Shown here: one piece after another, positions 49,705 to 59,635 of the stretch
Numbering within the stretch: the stretch's first letter is position 1
Layout: the number at the start of each line of letters is the position of its first letter
Assembly (NCBI GenBank): GCA_934089275.1
Contig: CAKOJJ010000001.1
Location: forward strand, 49,918 to 113,917
Direction of reading: 5' to 3'
DNA: 64,000 nt
DNA from: an uncultured Bacilli bacterium
Lineage (GTDB): Bacteria; Bacillota_I; Bacilli_A; RF39; UBA660
Program-made: the position numbers and the translations under genes
The notes under the pieces: generated by a model
Databases searched by the model: none
Told to the model about the DNA's origin: nothing
The model's input: the letters and a program-made list of their open reading frames with translations, nothing else

Positions 49705-50946
49705 ATGAACATTTTAGATATTATAACAAGAAAGAAAAACGGTTTAAGTTTAAGCTACGACGAGCTTTTCTTTGCATTTAACGGATATTTAAATAAAGAG
49801 ATACCAGATTATCAAATGAGTGCACTTTTAATGGCAATTGTAATAAATGGTATGAACCTAACAGAAACACTTGCTCTTACAGATATATTTTTAAAAAGTG
49901 GAGATGAACTTCATTTAGGTGAGAAGATTGAAAACTTGGTAGACAAACACTCAACGGGTGGTATAGGGGACACAACTACTATAATCATCGGTCCAATGTG
50001 TGCCGCAATAGGCATGAAAATGGCTAAAATGAGTGGAAGAGGTCTTGGAATTACAGGTGGAACAATCGACAAACTTGAAAGTATTCCAGGATTCAATGTT
50101 TCATTAACAGAAGAAGAATTCATTAAACAAGTAGAAGAAACTGGTTTTGCTGTTGTTTCTCAAACAAGAAATTTAACACCTCTTGATAAAGTTATATATG
50201 CTTTAAGAGATGTTACTGGAACAACTGAATCAATTCCTTTAATTGCATCAAGTATTATGTCTAAAAAACTTGCTTTAGGTGCAAAAAACATTTTAATAGA
50301 TGTTAAAGTCGGAAGTGGAGCTTTGATGAAAACTCGTGAAGACGCCGAAAAATTAAGTAAATACTTAGTAGAAATTGGCGAAGCATATAATAGAAATGTT
50401 CGAACAATCATCGGAGATATGAGTGCACCCCTTTCCTATGCAATTGGAAACTCTTTGGAGATATGTGAAGCAATGAATGTTTTAAATGGTAAAAAATGTC
50501 CTTTATATGATGCATGTATTGAAATTGTTGCTAACCTATATGACATGACTTTTTCTTCAGGATTAGAGGAAGGATACAAACAAGCTAAATATGCAATTGA
50601 ATCTAAAAGAGCACTAAACAAATTTTACGAATTTGTTCATGCACAAGGTGGAAGTCTAAGAAATGTTCATGTTGCCGACAACAAAATAAAAGTTCGTTCT
50701 AAAAAAAGCGGAATTGTTACTAAAATAGATGCTTATGGAGCTGGTGAACTAGCTGCTAAACTTGGTGCATCAAAGAAAACTTTAGAAGATACGATTGATT
50801 ACACTGTTGGTATTATGTTAAACAAGTACATTGGAGATCATGTTGACAAAGATGAGGTGCTATTTACAATCTATACAAATGATCCTGATATCGAATTTAA
50901 TGAATCAGATTTTGCATTTATTGAAGTAAATGATGGAATTGAATAA
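49705..50946 (+). CDS. pdp: pyrimidine-nucleoside (thymidine) phosphorylase
   Basis: DKHSTGGIGDTTT and MSGRGLGITGGTIDKLESIPG motifs. Start moved to the ATG at 49705, which follows GGTGA. Confidence 0.85.
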   Translation: MNILDIITRKKNGLSLSYDELFFAFNGYLNKEIPDYQMSALLMAIVINGMNLTETLALTDIFLKSGDELHLGEKIENLVDKHSTGGIGDTTTIIIGPMCAAIGMKMAKMSGRGLGITGGTIDKLESIPGFNVSLTEEEFIKQVEETGFAVVSQTRNLTPLDKVIYALRDVTGTTESIPLIASSIMSKKLALGAKNILIDVKVGSGALMKTREDAEKLSKYLVEIGEAYNRNVRTIIGDMSAPLSYAIGNSLEICEAMNVLNGKKCPLYDACIEIVANLYDMTFSSGLEEGYKQAKYAIESKRALNKFYEFVHAQGGSLRNVHVADNKIKVRSKKSGIVTKIDAYGAGELAAKLGASKKTLEDTIDYTVGIMLNKYIGDHVDKDEVLFTIYTNDPDIEFNESDFAFIEVNDGIE

Positions 50947-50988
50947 ATTATATGATATAATTAATAATAGAATAAGAGGTTGGTTATA

Positions 50989-52755
50989 ATGTTTGGAAAA
51001 ATACGTTATATAGATGATATTACAGCAGTCGTTGATATTAATAAAGATAACATGGTAGTTCCTAATTTAATGAATTTGCATGTTGTCTTTGAAAACGATA
51101 CAGATAAACTACTTGGAGAAGTTAAAAAAGTTGACACAGAAACAGTTCATATTGATTTATTAGGTCAATTTGTAGAAAATCGTTTTATTGCTGGTACAAT
51201 AAAAAAGCCAACATTGGATAGTAAAGTTCGTGTTATAAACGATGATGAATTAAATATTATTCTTGGAAAAGACGACGAAAAGAGTTTATATTTAGGCCAT
51301 TCAGCAATTTATCCTGAGAAAAATGTTTATATTGATATCAACCAATTCTTTTCAAACCATGCTGCTATATTTGGTAACACTGGTTCTGGTAAAAGTTGCT
51401 CTGTTGCAAGAATCGTTCAAAATATATTTTTAAATAAGCAATTTTTATCATATAATGCTAATTTATTTATATTTGACGCATATGGTGAGTATAAAAACGC
51501 TTTTAAGGTATTAAATCAAATAAATCCAAATTATCAATACAAATTCATAACTTCAAACCCAACAGATCCAGATGATGTTCAGTTAAACATTCCTGTATTT
51601 TTATTAACAATTGATGATATATGTTTACTTTTACAAGCAGATAATCATCATCAATACACGATAGTGGAAAGAATGTTAAAACTAGCAAAATTATTTTCAA
51701 AAGATGATGAAGAAACTAAAAAATTAAAAAATCATTTAATTGCTAAAGCTATTATGTCTGTTTTATTTTCAAATCAAAATGCAGCTGGTAAGAAAAACGA
51801 TATATTTACAATTATAAATGATTGTTCTACACCTGAATTTAACGTTAACACCGATATTCAAGGTATTGGCTATACTCGTAAATTCAGTGAATGTTTTGGA
51901 ATAGATCGTAATGGTGAATTTGGAGAGTCCGTTCTTATAAATGAGTACTTGCTTAAATTTATTGATGATGAATTAGAAAGTAGAATAGAGGTGCCAGCCG
52001 ATGCTTTCTATACATTAGATGATCTTGAAAGAGCTTTGTCATTTACTTTAATTGGTGATGGTTTCTTAGGTAATAGAATTATGCAAGATAATGCAGTTAT
52101 AATGCAAGTAAGATTGCATTCTCTAAACAATTCATCAAATCGAAAGTTTTTCTCTTTTAAAGAATATATAACAATTGATAACTATATTTCATCATTAATA
52201 GTTCATAATAATAGACGTAGTCAAATCATCAATATTAATCTAGAAGATGTTGATGATAATTTAGCAAAAACGATTGTTAAAATTTTTTCTAAAATGATTT
52301 TTGATTTTGCAAAAAAGAGAAGAGTTCGTGCTGCTATTCCATTCCATTTGTTTATAGAAGAGGCACATAGATATGTTGTAAATGACAATGACCATTTTCT
52401 TTTAGGTTATAACATCTTTGAACGTATCGCTAAAGAAGGAAGAAAATATGGAGTAATGCTTGATTTAGTAAGTCAACGTCCCGTAGAAATATCAGAAACA
52501 GTTATAGCTCAAACAAGCAATTTCTGTATATTAAAAATGACTCATCCTAGAGATCTTGAATACATTAATAAAATGCTTCCAAATATAAGTGGTGATATTA
52601 TCGAAAAACTTACAAGTCTACAAAGTGGAACAATGGTAGCATTTGGTTCAGCATTTAAAATTCCTGTAATTGTAAAAATGGATATGCCAAATCCAGCACC
52701 ATATTCTTCCAACTGTGATGTTTTATTCCGTTGGAAACCAATTCAAAAGCAATAA
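50989..52755 (+). CDS. HerA-like (DUF87) P-loop ATPase
   Basis: N-terminal HAS-barrel-like region, Walker A GNTGSGKS, Walker B LFIEEAHRY, and a conserved VSQRP segment. Confidence 0.6.
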   Translation: MFGKIRYIDDITAVVDINKDNMVVPNLMNLHVVFENDTDKLLGEVKKVDTETVHIDLLGQFVENRFIAGTIKKPTLDSKVRVINDDELNIILGKDDEKSLYLGHSAIYPEKNVYIDINQFFSNHAAIFGNTGSGKSCSVARIVQNIFLNKQFLSYNANLFIFDAYGEYKNAFKVLNQINPNYQYKFITSNPTDPDDVQLNIPVFLLTIDDICLLLQADNHHQYTIVERMLKLAKLFSKDDEETKKLKNHLIAKAIMSVLFSNQNAAGKKNDIFTIINDCSTPEFNVNTDIQGIGYTRKFSECFGIDRNGEFGESVLINEYLLKFIDDELESRIEVPADAFYTLDDLERALSFTLIGDGFLGNRIMQDNAVIMQVRLHSLNNSSNRKFFSFKEYITIDNYISSLIVHNNRRSQIININLEDVDDNLAKTIVKIFSKMIFDFAKKRRVRAAIPFHLFIEEAHRYVVNDNDHFLLGYNIFERIAKEGRKYGVMLDLVSQRPVEISETVIAQTSNFCILKMTHPRDLEYINKMLPNISGDIIEKLTSLQSGTMVAFGSAFKIPVIVKMDMPNPAPYSSNCDVLFRWKPIQKQ

Positions 52756-52770
52756 AATATTGCTTTTTTC
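52747..52770 (+). terminator. rho-independent terminator
   Basis: aagcaata/tattgctt hairpin followed by a T6 run. Confidence 0.65.
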
Positions 52771-52809
52771 TTTTTGTTTTAATATAATACAGCAAAGGTG
52801 GGAATATTT

Positions 52810-53190
52810 ATGCAAAAAGAAGCAATAGTAGAAAAGTTTGCTCTAGCATGTCAAAATAATATGGGTGGTATATTTGATATCATTAGAGATGAAGGTTTTG
52901 TCTTTTTAAGAAGCGATAACAAGACGATACCTAAAATGGCTGTGTTTTATCAAAACGGTATTCGTAATAAAATAATAAACGTTTCTGCATATTTACCATA
53001 CGAAATAAGCATTTTATTGTTAGAATATATGATTACATATTACTTAAGACACCAAGAGGATGATATTTATATAACGATAGACGACTTTTATACATTTGAT
53101 CCAGAAATAACAGAAATTGTTGATGCAATAAATGAAAAATTAGAAAACAAACTTGGTAAATTATTAACCGAAACATGTAAATATATGTAA
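52810..53190 (+). CDS. hypothetical protein
   Basis: 126-aa ORF preceded by the RBS AAAGGTGGG and a -10 TATAAT. Confidence 0.45.
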   Translation: MQKEAIVEKFALACQNNMGGIFDIIRDEGFVFLRSDNKTIPKMAVFYQNGIRNKIINVSAYLPYEISILLLEYMITYYLRHQEDDIYITIDDFYTFDPEITEIVDAINEKLENKLGKLLTETCKYM

Positions 53191-53224
53191 ACAATATTTA
53201 CTAAGTTATGGTTATATGATATAG

Positions 53225-53398
53225 TTAAATTACCTAAGAGAGGCTATTAACATAAAACCGACTAATTGTGATTATTGGGAATCTAATTGGCTTGTTGTGT
53301 TGAAGACCTAGTCATTGGCTAGGGATCCTAATTCAGGTCATGTGATGCCCACCTCGTGAGAGCGGGCTTTTATCACACTGGCTTTTCTTAGGCTTTTT
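53225..53398 (+). ncRNA. candidate structured non-coding RNA upstream of tcdA (possible 6S/SsrS-like RNA or leader)
   Basis: About 175 nt with no ORF. The 5' and 3' ends are complementary: CCUAAGAGAGGCU pairs with GGCUUUUCUUAGG, and UGUGAU with AUCACA. Contains internal palindromes and ends in a U-run. Confidence 0.3.
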
Positions 53399-53419
53399 AT
53401 TTGCAAGAAAGGTGATATT

Positions 53420-54094
53420 ATGTTTGAAAGATTAATTGGTCTTATAGGTGAAGAAAAATTAAGTGAAATTGAAACTAAAAAAATTCTCCTTATTGGAGTA
53501 GGTGGAGTAGGTAGTTATACTCTAGAGGCTCTTATAAGAAACGGATTTTCTAATTTAACCTTAGTTGACTTCGATACTATAGATTTATCCAATTTAAATA
53601 GACAATTGATTACAGATACAACTAACATTGGGAAATACAAAGTTGATGAAGCAAAAAAGCGTGCCCTTTCAATAAACCCAAATGTCAAAATTCAAACTGT
53701 TAAAGAAAAATTAAACAAAGAAAATTTGAAAGTATTATTAGATCAAGATTTTGATTACATAATAGACGCCTGTGATACATTAGAAGTAAAATTTGCCTTG
53801 ATGGAAGAAAGTTTACATTATTCATATAAACTTATATCTTGTATGGGAACCGCTAAAAAAACTGACCCAACAAAATTAGAAATAACAACACTAGACAAAA
53901 CCAACAACGACCCAATAGCAAGAATACTAAGAAGCAAAGTAAAAAAAGCACACATAAACAAAAAATTATATGTAGTTTCATCTACAGAAGTGCCAAAACA
54001 AATTAATATGTTAGGTACAGCTAATTTAGTTCCAAGTGTTGCCGGCCTTTTATGTGCTTCATATGTTTTTAACGACATAATAAAAGATAGATAA
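53420..54094 (+). CDS. tcdA: tRNA threonylcarbamoyladenosine dehydratase (ThiF/MoeB family)
   Basis: ILLIGVGGVGSY Rossmann motif and ThiF family pattern; 224 aa. Confidence 0.75.
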   Translation: MFERLIGLIGEEKLSEIETKKILLIGVGGVGSYTLEALIRNGFSNLTLVDFDTIDLSNLNRQLITDTTNIGKYKVDEAKKRALSINPNVKIQTVKEKLNKENLKVLLDQDFDYIIDACDTLEVKFALMEESLHYSYKLISCMGTAKKTDPTKLEITTLDKTNNDPIARILRSKVKKAHINKKLYVVSSTEVPKQINMLGTANLVPSVAGLLCASYVFNDIIKDR

Positions 54095-54117
54095 CTAATT
54101 ACTTAGTTATCTTTTTT
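54089..54117 (+). terminator. rho-independent terminator
   Basis: 9-bp stem agataacta/tagttatct followed by a T6 run. Confidence 0.75.
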
Positions 54118-54183
54118 ATAAAAGTCTTTTCAAGAACCTTATTCAATAGTATAATAAATTAAATAGATATTATGAGGTATTTT

Positions 54184-56460
54184 ATGGAAAAAGCGTGGAT
54201 AGACTATAAAACAGATGAAGAAACTTTTAAAACAATAATGCAATATGAAGAAGAGTTTGTCAGGACTTATATGAAAAAGAAGTATGGCAGAAATTATGAT
54301 GCCACTGCAAATAAAACACCGATGTTAAAAAAAGATGAAGAAAGATTTGCACTAGCATCTCTTTTAGTTCAACTAGATATATTATGTGTAGACAAATTAA
54401 AATTAAAAAATATGGATTTACAAGCATTCTTTAGTAAACCTGAGAATCTAATGATTAGAAAATTATGTTTAGCCACTGGCTTAGAAGTTAGTAGTATAGA
54501 AAATATAATCAATAAATTTCCAAAAGAAACTCGTACTGTACTAATTTATTTATTTGGAATAAACCGAAAACAAATAAAATTTGAAGACGCTGAAAGTATA
54601 TTTAATCTATCAGAAGACGAAATATACAAAATTTTACTAACAGGAGTTAGAAGATTAAAATATGATATTAAATTAGTTCAAGGAAGTAAAAATGCTGGAA
54701 AAATACCGAGTATGATCATAATAGATCTTGAGAAAAAAGGATATTCTAGATCAGAATTAATAAAAGCATTAAACTTATATGACGATAGAACTAAATGCAC
54801 ACTACAAAAGTATTACGGATATAATTATTCCTCTGCAAAGTCTCCTATAACGCCTGTTATGCCTGGAGACGAAGAAATCATCAATAATGTTTTAACAGGA
54901 GAAAATAATATTGACGTACAAGTACAAAAACTAAGAGAAAAACAAGCAAAAGTTATTGAACGAGCAAAAATAAAAAAAGCTGAAGAAATTATTCCAGAAA
55001 GACCTTTCAATATAATAAGGTTTTATAAAAAACAAGGTTATAGTACTTTAGAAATTACAACAGCCTATCATTCATTAAGTAATGAAGAACGCACTCTAAT
55101 AGAAAAACAATTTGATAAAAATTATAACGAAATAAAAGATGCTAAACTAACCGAAGAGGAAAAAGAAACAATTTTTAATCTTACAAGAAGCGAAACTCAA
55201 GGAATAGGAAAAGCTTTAAAGAATAAATATAAAAAATCAGGTTCTCAAAAAACTACGGTTGATGAAAAACCTATAGAGAATAAACCAGCAAAGGCCCCAG
55301 CAAAACCAAAAACCGAAACTAAGAAAATAGCAAAGAAACCAAAAGAGGATAAGGCAAATAAACCAGAAAAAGTGCTTCCATCAAAACTTGATGAGGTTAA
55401 AAATAAGAAGGCACAAGCCAAGAAATATAAATCCATTAACGAATGTAAAACTTTGAATGAATTCTACAAACAATTTGGCTTTGACGATGAAGATCTAGAA
55501 AGCGTTTATAAAGTCTTACCACGTGGTGCACTAAGACACTTTGAGAATTACATAGACGTTCAATATGTAGATGGTAATAATCATGTGTTCAAAATCAAAA
55601 AATTCGTTCCTACAAGTGATGTAACTGCAAGACAATATTTAAAATACACTATATTAATACCTTTAACTAAGCATAGAGTTGCCAAAGGAAAGAATTTAGA
55701 TATGGAAAAAATTCCAACGTATGTTTTGAATAAACTTAAGAACTGTAAACATCAACAAAAAATTATATTTAGTGAGTATAAGACCTTAAATGAGTATTAT
55801 GAAGCCCGTGGATTAGACAGCGCAACATTAAAATATGTGTATTCAAAAACAAGAACAGGAAAAGATTATTTTGATGAATTTATCGATATAGTTAAAACCG
55901 ATAATGGCAGATGTATATTTAAAATCAAAAAACCGATAGACCGAAATAACACATCAGTTTTTAAATATTTTACTCAAATATTACCACAACAAATAACTAG
56001 GAATCACGTCAAATTTTTATCAAGCGAAACTCAAATTGTTGAAGAAAGAGAAACTTTACCTATAAATGACCGTGATACTTCTTTAAATACAACTGTTGAT
56101 AGTCAAACGACCAATATAGAATCATCAATTGACTTAAAAATTTATATGGGTGAATACATAACTTCAGTAAAAGAAACTAATATTATTACACGAGAATTAA
56201 TAATGAGTCTTGGATTGCCTAAACGTTATGAGTATTTTCTTTTAAATGAATTTGTTGCAAATAAAAACAATAATATAAGTTTGGATGAAGAGGCAGAGAT
56301 TTTAAATCTAGATGCAATTGAATTATGCAAAATATTAATAGAAGCAATTGAACTATTAAAAGCAAAAATAAATAGCATACTAATGATTAATAATTTCGAA
56401 ACCCATCAAACTCCAAAAACCGATGATGGAGAAACAAACCTAAAAAAAGCGTTGAATTAA
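54184..56460 (+). CDS. large Lys-rich multi-HTH protein, paralog A (sigma-70-like N-terminal module + repeats)
   Basis: Start at MEKAWIDYK, with the RBS GAGGT. N-terminus homologous to the proteins at 59636 and 61949. The C-terminal 60 aa is nearly identical to that of 61949. Contains internal ...TLNEYY...FKIKK repeats. Confidence 0.6.
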   Translation: MEKAWIDYKTDEETFKTIMQYEEEFVRTYMKKKYGRNYDATANKTPMLKKDEERFALASLLVQLDILCVDKLKLKNMDLQAFFSKPENLMIRKLCLATGLEVSSIENIINKFPKETRTVLIYLFGINRKQIKFEDAESIFNLSEDEIYKILLTGVRRLKYDIKLVQGSKNAGKIPSMIIIDLEKKGYSRSELIKALNLYDDRTKCTLQKYYGYNYSSAKSPITPVMPGDEEIINNVLTGENNIDVQVQKLREKQAKVIERAKIKKAEEIIPERPFNIIRFYKKQGYSTLEITTAYHSLSNEERTLIEKQFDKNYNEIKDAKLTEEEKETIFNLTRSETQGIGKALKNKYKKSGSQKTTVDEKPIENKPAKAPAKPKTETKKIAKKPKEDKANKPEKVLPSKLDEVKNKKAQAKKYKSINECKTLNEFYKQFGFDDEDLESVYKVLPRGALRHFENYIDVQYVDGNNHVFKIKKFVPTSDVTARQYLKYTILIPLTKHRVAKGKNLDMEKIPTYVLNKLKNCKHQQKIIFSEYKTLNEYYEARGLDSATLKYVYSKTRTGKDYFDEFIDIVKTDNGRCIFKIKKPIDRNNTSVFKYFTQILPQQITRNHVKFLSSETQIVEERETLPINDRDTSLNTTVDSQTTNIESSIDLKIYMGEYITSVKETNIITRELIMSLGLPKRYEYFLLNEFVANKNNNISLDEEAEILNLDAIELCKILIEAIELLKAKINSILMINNFETHQTPKTDDGETNLKKALN

Positions 56461-56475
56461 ATTTCAACGTTTTTA
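56450..56475. terminator. bidirectional terminator embedded in last codons of paralog A
   Basis: cgttgaa/ttcaacg hairpin over the final codons (KKALN*), followed by a T5 run. Also lies at the 3' end of gpsA on the minus strand. Confidence 0.6.
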
Positions 56476-57447
56476 TTTGCTCATAAGGAAGTTTACTAAA
56501 ATATTTGGATCAGCTCCATTTATTACTATGTCATAAATTATATCAATTACAGGCATTTCCACCTTTTTCTTACGAAGTAGGGCATATATACTATTAAGTG
56601 TGTAATAACCTTCCACAGTGGTTGTATTTATGTATTCTAAAGCTTTTTTAGTATCTTTCTTACCAAGTAATACTCCATATGTATAATTACGGGACTTTTC
56701 ACTTGTAGCTGTTAGTAATAAATCTCCAACACCAGCAAAAGAAAGAATAGTCTTTTTATTACCATCAAGATTATCGATAAGCTCTTTTATATCATGTAGA
56801 GATTCTGTTATCAGAAAACTTCTTGTTGATTCTTTATAACCTAAGCCATCTAAAATACCAGCAGCAATTGCAATGACATTTTTTATAGAACCACAAATTT
56901 CTATACCAACAACATCATTTGTATCTCTTAATTTTATATTCGTGTTTTTATATGCTTCATGAACTAATTTAGCTGTGCCTTTATTTTTAGTAGCTAAAGC
57001 TAAACCAACAGGTTCTAAGTAGGCTATGTCTATCGCGAAAGATGGACCAGATATAACCCCAAGTTTGTTTGTTGGAATAATGTTTTGAAATATTTCATCA
57101 ATAAATAAACATGTCTTTTGTTCGATACCTTTAGAACCAATAACAAAATGCATATTTCTAGTTATATATTCTTTCATATTTTCACATACACTCGAAACAT
57201 ATTTAGCAGCTACCATTATAAATACTAAATCAGTGTTCTTTAAGACTTCTTCATAAGAAGTGGAAAACGAAATCTTATCAGGTATTGTTATACCACCTAA
57301 ATCTTTAAAACTCTTTCGTGACTTTTCAATTCTATTTAAAGATTCGTCACTTTCAGACCACATTTTTATATTATTTCCTTCATTTTGAGCAAGAGCAACA
57401 GCCATGGCAATACCATAAACTCCTGTTCCAATTATTGCTATATTCAT
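56473..57447 (-). CDS. gpsA: NAD(P)H-dependent glycerol-3-phosphate dehydrogenase
   Basis: MNIAIIGTGVYG Rossmann motif and GpsA-like length. Confidence 0.8.
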   Translation of the reverse strand: MNIAIIGTGVYGIAMAVALAQNEGNNIKMWSESDESLNRIEKSRKSFKDLGGITIPDKISFSTSYEEVLKNTDLVFIMVAAKYVSSVCENMKEYITRNMHFVIGSKGIEQKTCLFIDEIFQNIIPTNKLGVISGPSFAIDIAYLEPVGLALATKNKGTAKLVHEAYKNTNIKLRDTNDVVGIEICGSIKNVIAIAAGILDGLGYKESTRSFLITESLHDIKELIDNLDGNKKTILSFAGVGDLLLTATSEKSRNYTYGVLLGKKDTKKALEYINTTTVEGYYTLNSIYALLRKKKVEMPVIDIIYDIVINGADPNILVNFLMSK

Positions 57448-58637
57448 TTTTTCATCTCCTCATGTATATTTACTAAATTCTTTTCATATTTATTATTTCT
57501 AGGTTTAAAATATTTTCTATTCTTAATTTCAGTTGGAAGATATTGTTGATCAACCCACGAATTTTTATAATCGTGTGGATATTTATAATCCTTAGAATTG
57601 GTTTTTAACCAAGACGGAACACGTCCATTAACACCATTGGAAATATCATTAATTGCCTCATCTAAAGCTAGATGAGCCGAATTAGATTTTGGTGATAAAG
57701 CCATTTCTGTAACTATTGTACCTAAAGGAATACGTGCTTCAGGCAAACCAACAAGATTAGCTGCTTCAATCGCAGCCATAACTTTGGGACCAATACCAGG
57801 GTTAGCAAGACCAATATCTTCATAAGCTATAACACTCAATCTTCTAAATATTATGTCCAAATCCCCGATAACTATTAATCTTCCTAAATAGTAAAGAGCA
57901 GCATCCACATCACTTCCACGAATACTTTTTTGTAAAGCGCTTATTAAGTCATAGTGTGCATCTCCATCTTGATCTCCGTCTAAGATAACTTTAGGATTAA
58001 TATTTTGAATTAAATCAGTTGTAATAATTCCGTCTTTAGTAGAGTAGTAAGCAACCTCTAATAAACTTAGAGATGCACGAACATCTCCATTTACTAGTGA
58101 AGCAATATATTCAAGTGTTTCATCGCTTACATTTATTTTATCCAATTTTGTACAAGCTCTTTTTAAACAAACTACAATATCTTCTTTACTAACTGGTTTA
58201 AGTTCAAATATTTGAACACGGCTACGTATGGCTGGATTTATTTTAAAATAAGGATTTGATGTTGTAAGACCAATCAAGGTAATAAGTCCATTTTCTAAGT
58301 AGGGAAGAAGTATATCTTGTTTATCTTTATTCATACGGTGTATTTCATCAACAATTAAAACAAGGGAACCATACATTTTAGCTTCTTCAATAGCTACATC
58401 AAAATCGCTTTTATTATTAATTACTGCATTAAGCATACGATATTTAATTCCAAGCTCATTCACTATGGCATAAGCAAGCGTAGTTTTGCCTGTTCCTGGA
58501 GGACCATATAGTATCATCGAAAATATATGTTTATTATTAACTAAATTTCTTATAATTTTATCTTCACCAACCAAATGTCTTTGCCCGACAACATCATCTA
58601 AGCATTTTGGTCTTAAAGCATTAGCAAGAAGTTCCAT
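57444..58637 (-). CDS. rarA: replication-associated recombination protein A
   Basis: LYGPPGTGKTTLA Walker A and MgsA/RarA C-terminal domains. Start at MELLANALRPK, which follows GGTGA. Confidence 0.85.
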   Translation of the reverse strand: MELLANALRPKCLDDVVGQRHLVGEDKIIRNLVNNKHIFSMILYGPPGTGKTTLAYAIVNELGIKYRMLNAVINNKSDFDVAIEEAKMYGSLVLIVDEIHRMNKDKQDILLPYLENGLITLIGLTTSNPYFKINPAIRSRVQIFELKPVSKEDIVVCLKRACTKLDKINVSDETLEYIASLVNGDVRASLSLLEVAYYSTKDGIITTDLIQNINPKVILDGDQDGDAHYDLISALQKSIRGSDVDAALYYLGRLIVIGDLDIIFRRLSVIAYEDIGLANPGIGPKVMAAIEAANLVGLPEARIPLGTIVTEMALSPKSNSAHLALDEAINDISNGVNGRVPSWLKTNSKDYKYPHDYKNSWVDQQYLPTEIKNRKYFKPRNNKYEKNLVNIHEEMKK

Positions 58638-58712
58638 ATATATCACCATAAATAATTATATCATAAGGCCTTATCTATTTTGTAAATTTTTCAAAAATTT
58701 GTTATTATTAAT

Positions 58713-59597
58713 ATGGTGAAACGTATGAATGATATCTATATAAGTGACTTTTTATCATATTTAGAAGTAGAAGCAAATTATTCAGAAAATACAATTAGGT
58801 CATATGAAAATGATTTAAATAAATTTGAAGAATATTATAAAAAGAAAGATTTACTAAAAATAACATCTAAAGATATAGATAAATTCATTCAAACTTTAAA
58901 CGATTTAGCACCTTCAACTGTAAGTCATAATATTTCTAGTTTAAAAACTTTTTATTCATACTTTTTAAAACTTGGACGTATAAGTGCCAATCCAACTGAT
59001 GGAATAAAATCACCTAAATTAGGAATTCATTTGCCAACATATTTAACTATTGATGAAATAAATAAACTTTTGGACATTGAAGTAACTGATGCTTTTTCCT
59101 CAAGAAACAAAGCTATACTTGAGCTTATGTATGCAACAGGCTTAAGAATAAGCGAGGTTATAACTCTAGAATTCAAAAACATTGATTATGAGGAATGCAT
59201 TGTAAGAGTTATGGGGAAAGGTTCCAAAGAGCGAATCGTCCCTATAAACAATTATGCAATAAAATATTTAAAAGATTATATCGACAACTATAGACCTGAA
59301 CTTGTAAAAAACGAAATAAATAATTACATATTTTTAAATAACCACGGACGTATGTTAACAAGACAAGGAATATTTAAGATGATTAAAAATTATGCTTCTA
59401 TAAAAGGTATAAAAAAAACAATCGGACCCCATACTCTTAGACATACTTTTGCAACTCATTTATTAGAAAACGGAGCAGATCTAAGAGTAATACAAGAACT
59501 TCTTGGCCATTCTGATATCTCGACAACTCAAATATATACTCATTTAACTAACGAAGCCTTGCACAACGAGTATAAAAAATACTTTCCAAGGGATTAA
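58713..59597 (+). CDS. site-specific tyrosine recombinase, XerC/XerD family
   Basis: Catalytic R...HTLRHTFATHLLENGADLRVIQELLGHSDISTTQIYTHL with tyrosine; 294 aa. Confidence 0.8.
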   Translation: MVKRMNDIYISDFLSYLEVEANYSENTIRSYENDLNKFEEYYKKKDLLKITSKDIDKFIQTLNDLAPSTVSHNISSLKTFYSYFLKLGRISANPTDGIKSPKLGIHLPTYLTIDEINKLLDIEVTDAFSSRNKAILELMYATGLRISEVITLEFKNIDYEECIVRVMGKGSKERIVPINNYAIKYLKDYIDNYRPELVKNEINNYIFLNNHGRMLTRQGIFKMIKNYASIKGIKKTIGPHTLRHTFATHLLENGADLRVIQELLGHSDISTTQIYTHLTNEALHNEYKKYFPRD

Positions 59598-59635
59598 AGT
59601 TATGTTATAATAGCGAACCAAAGGCGATGTGAATT

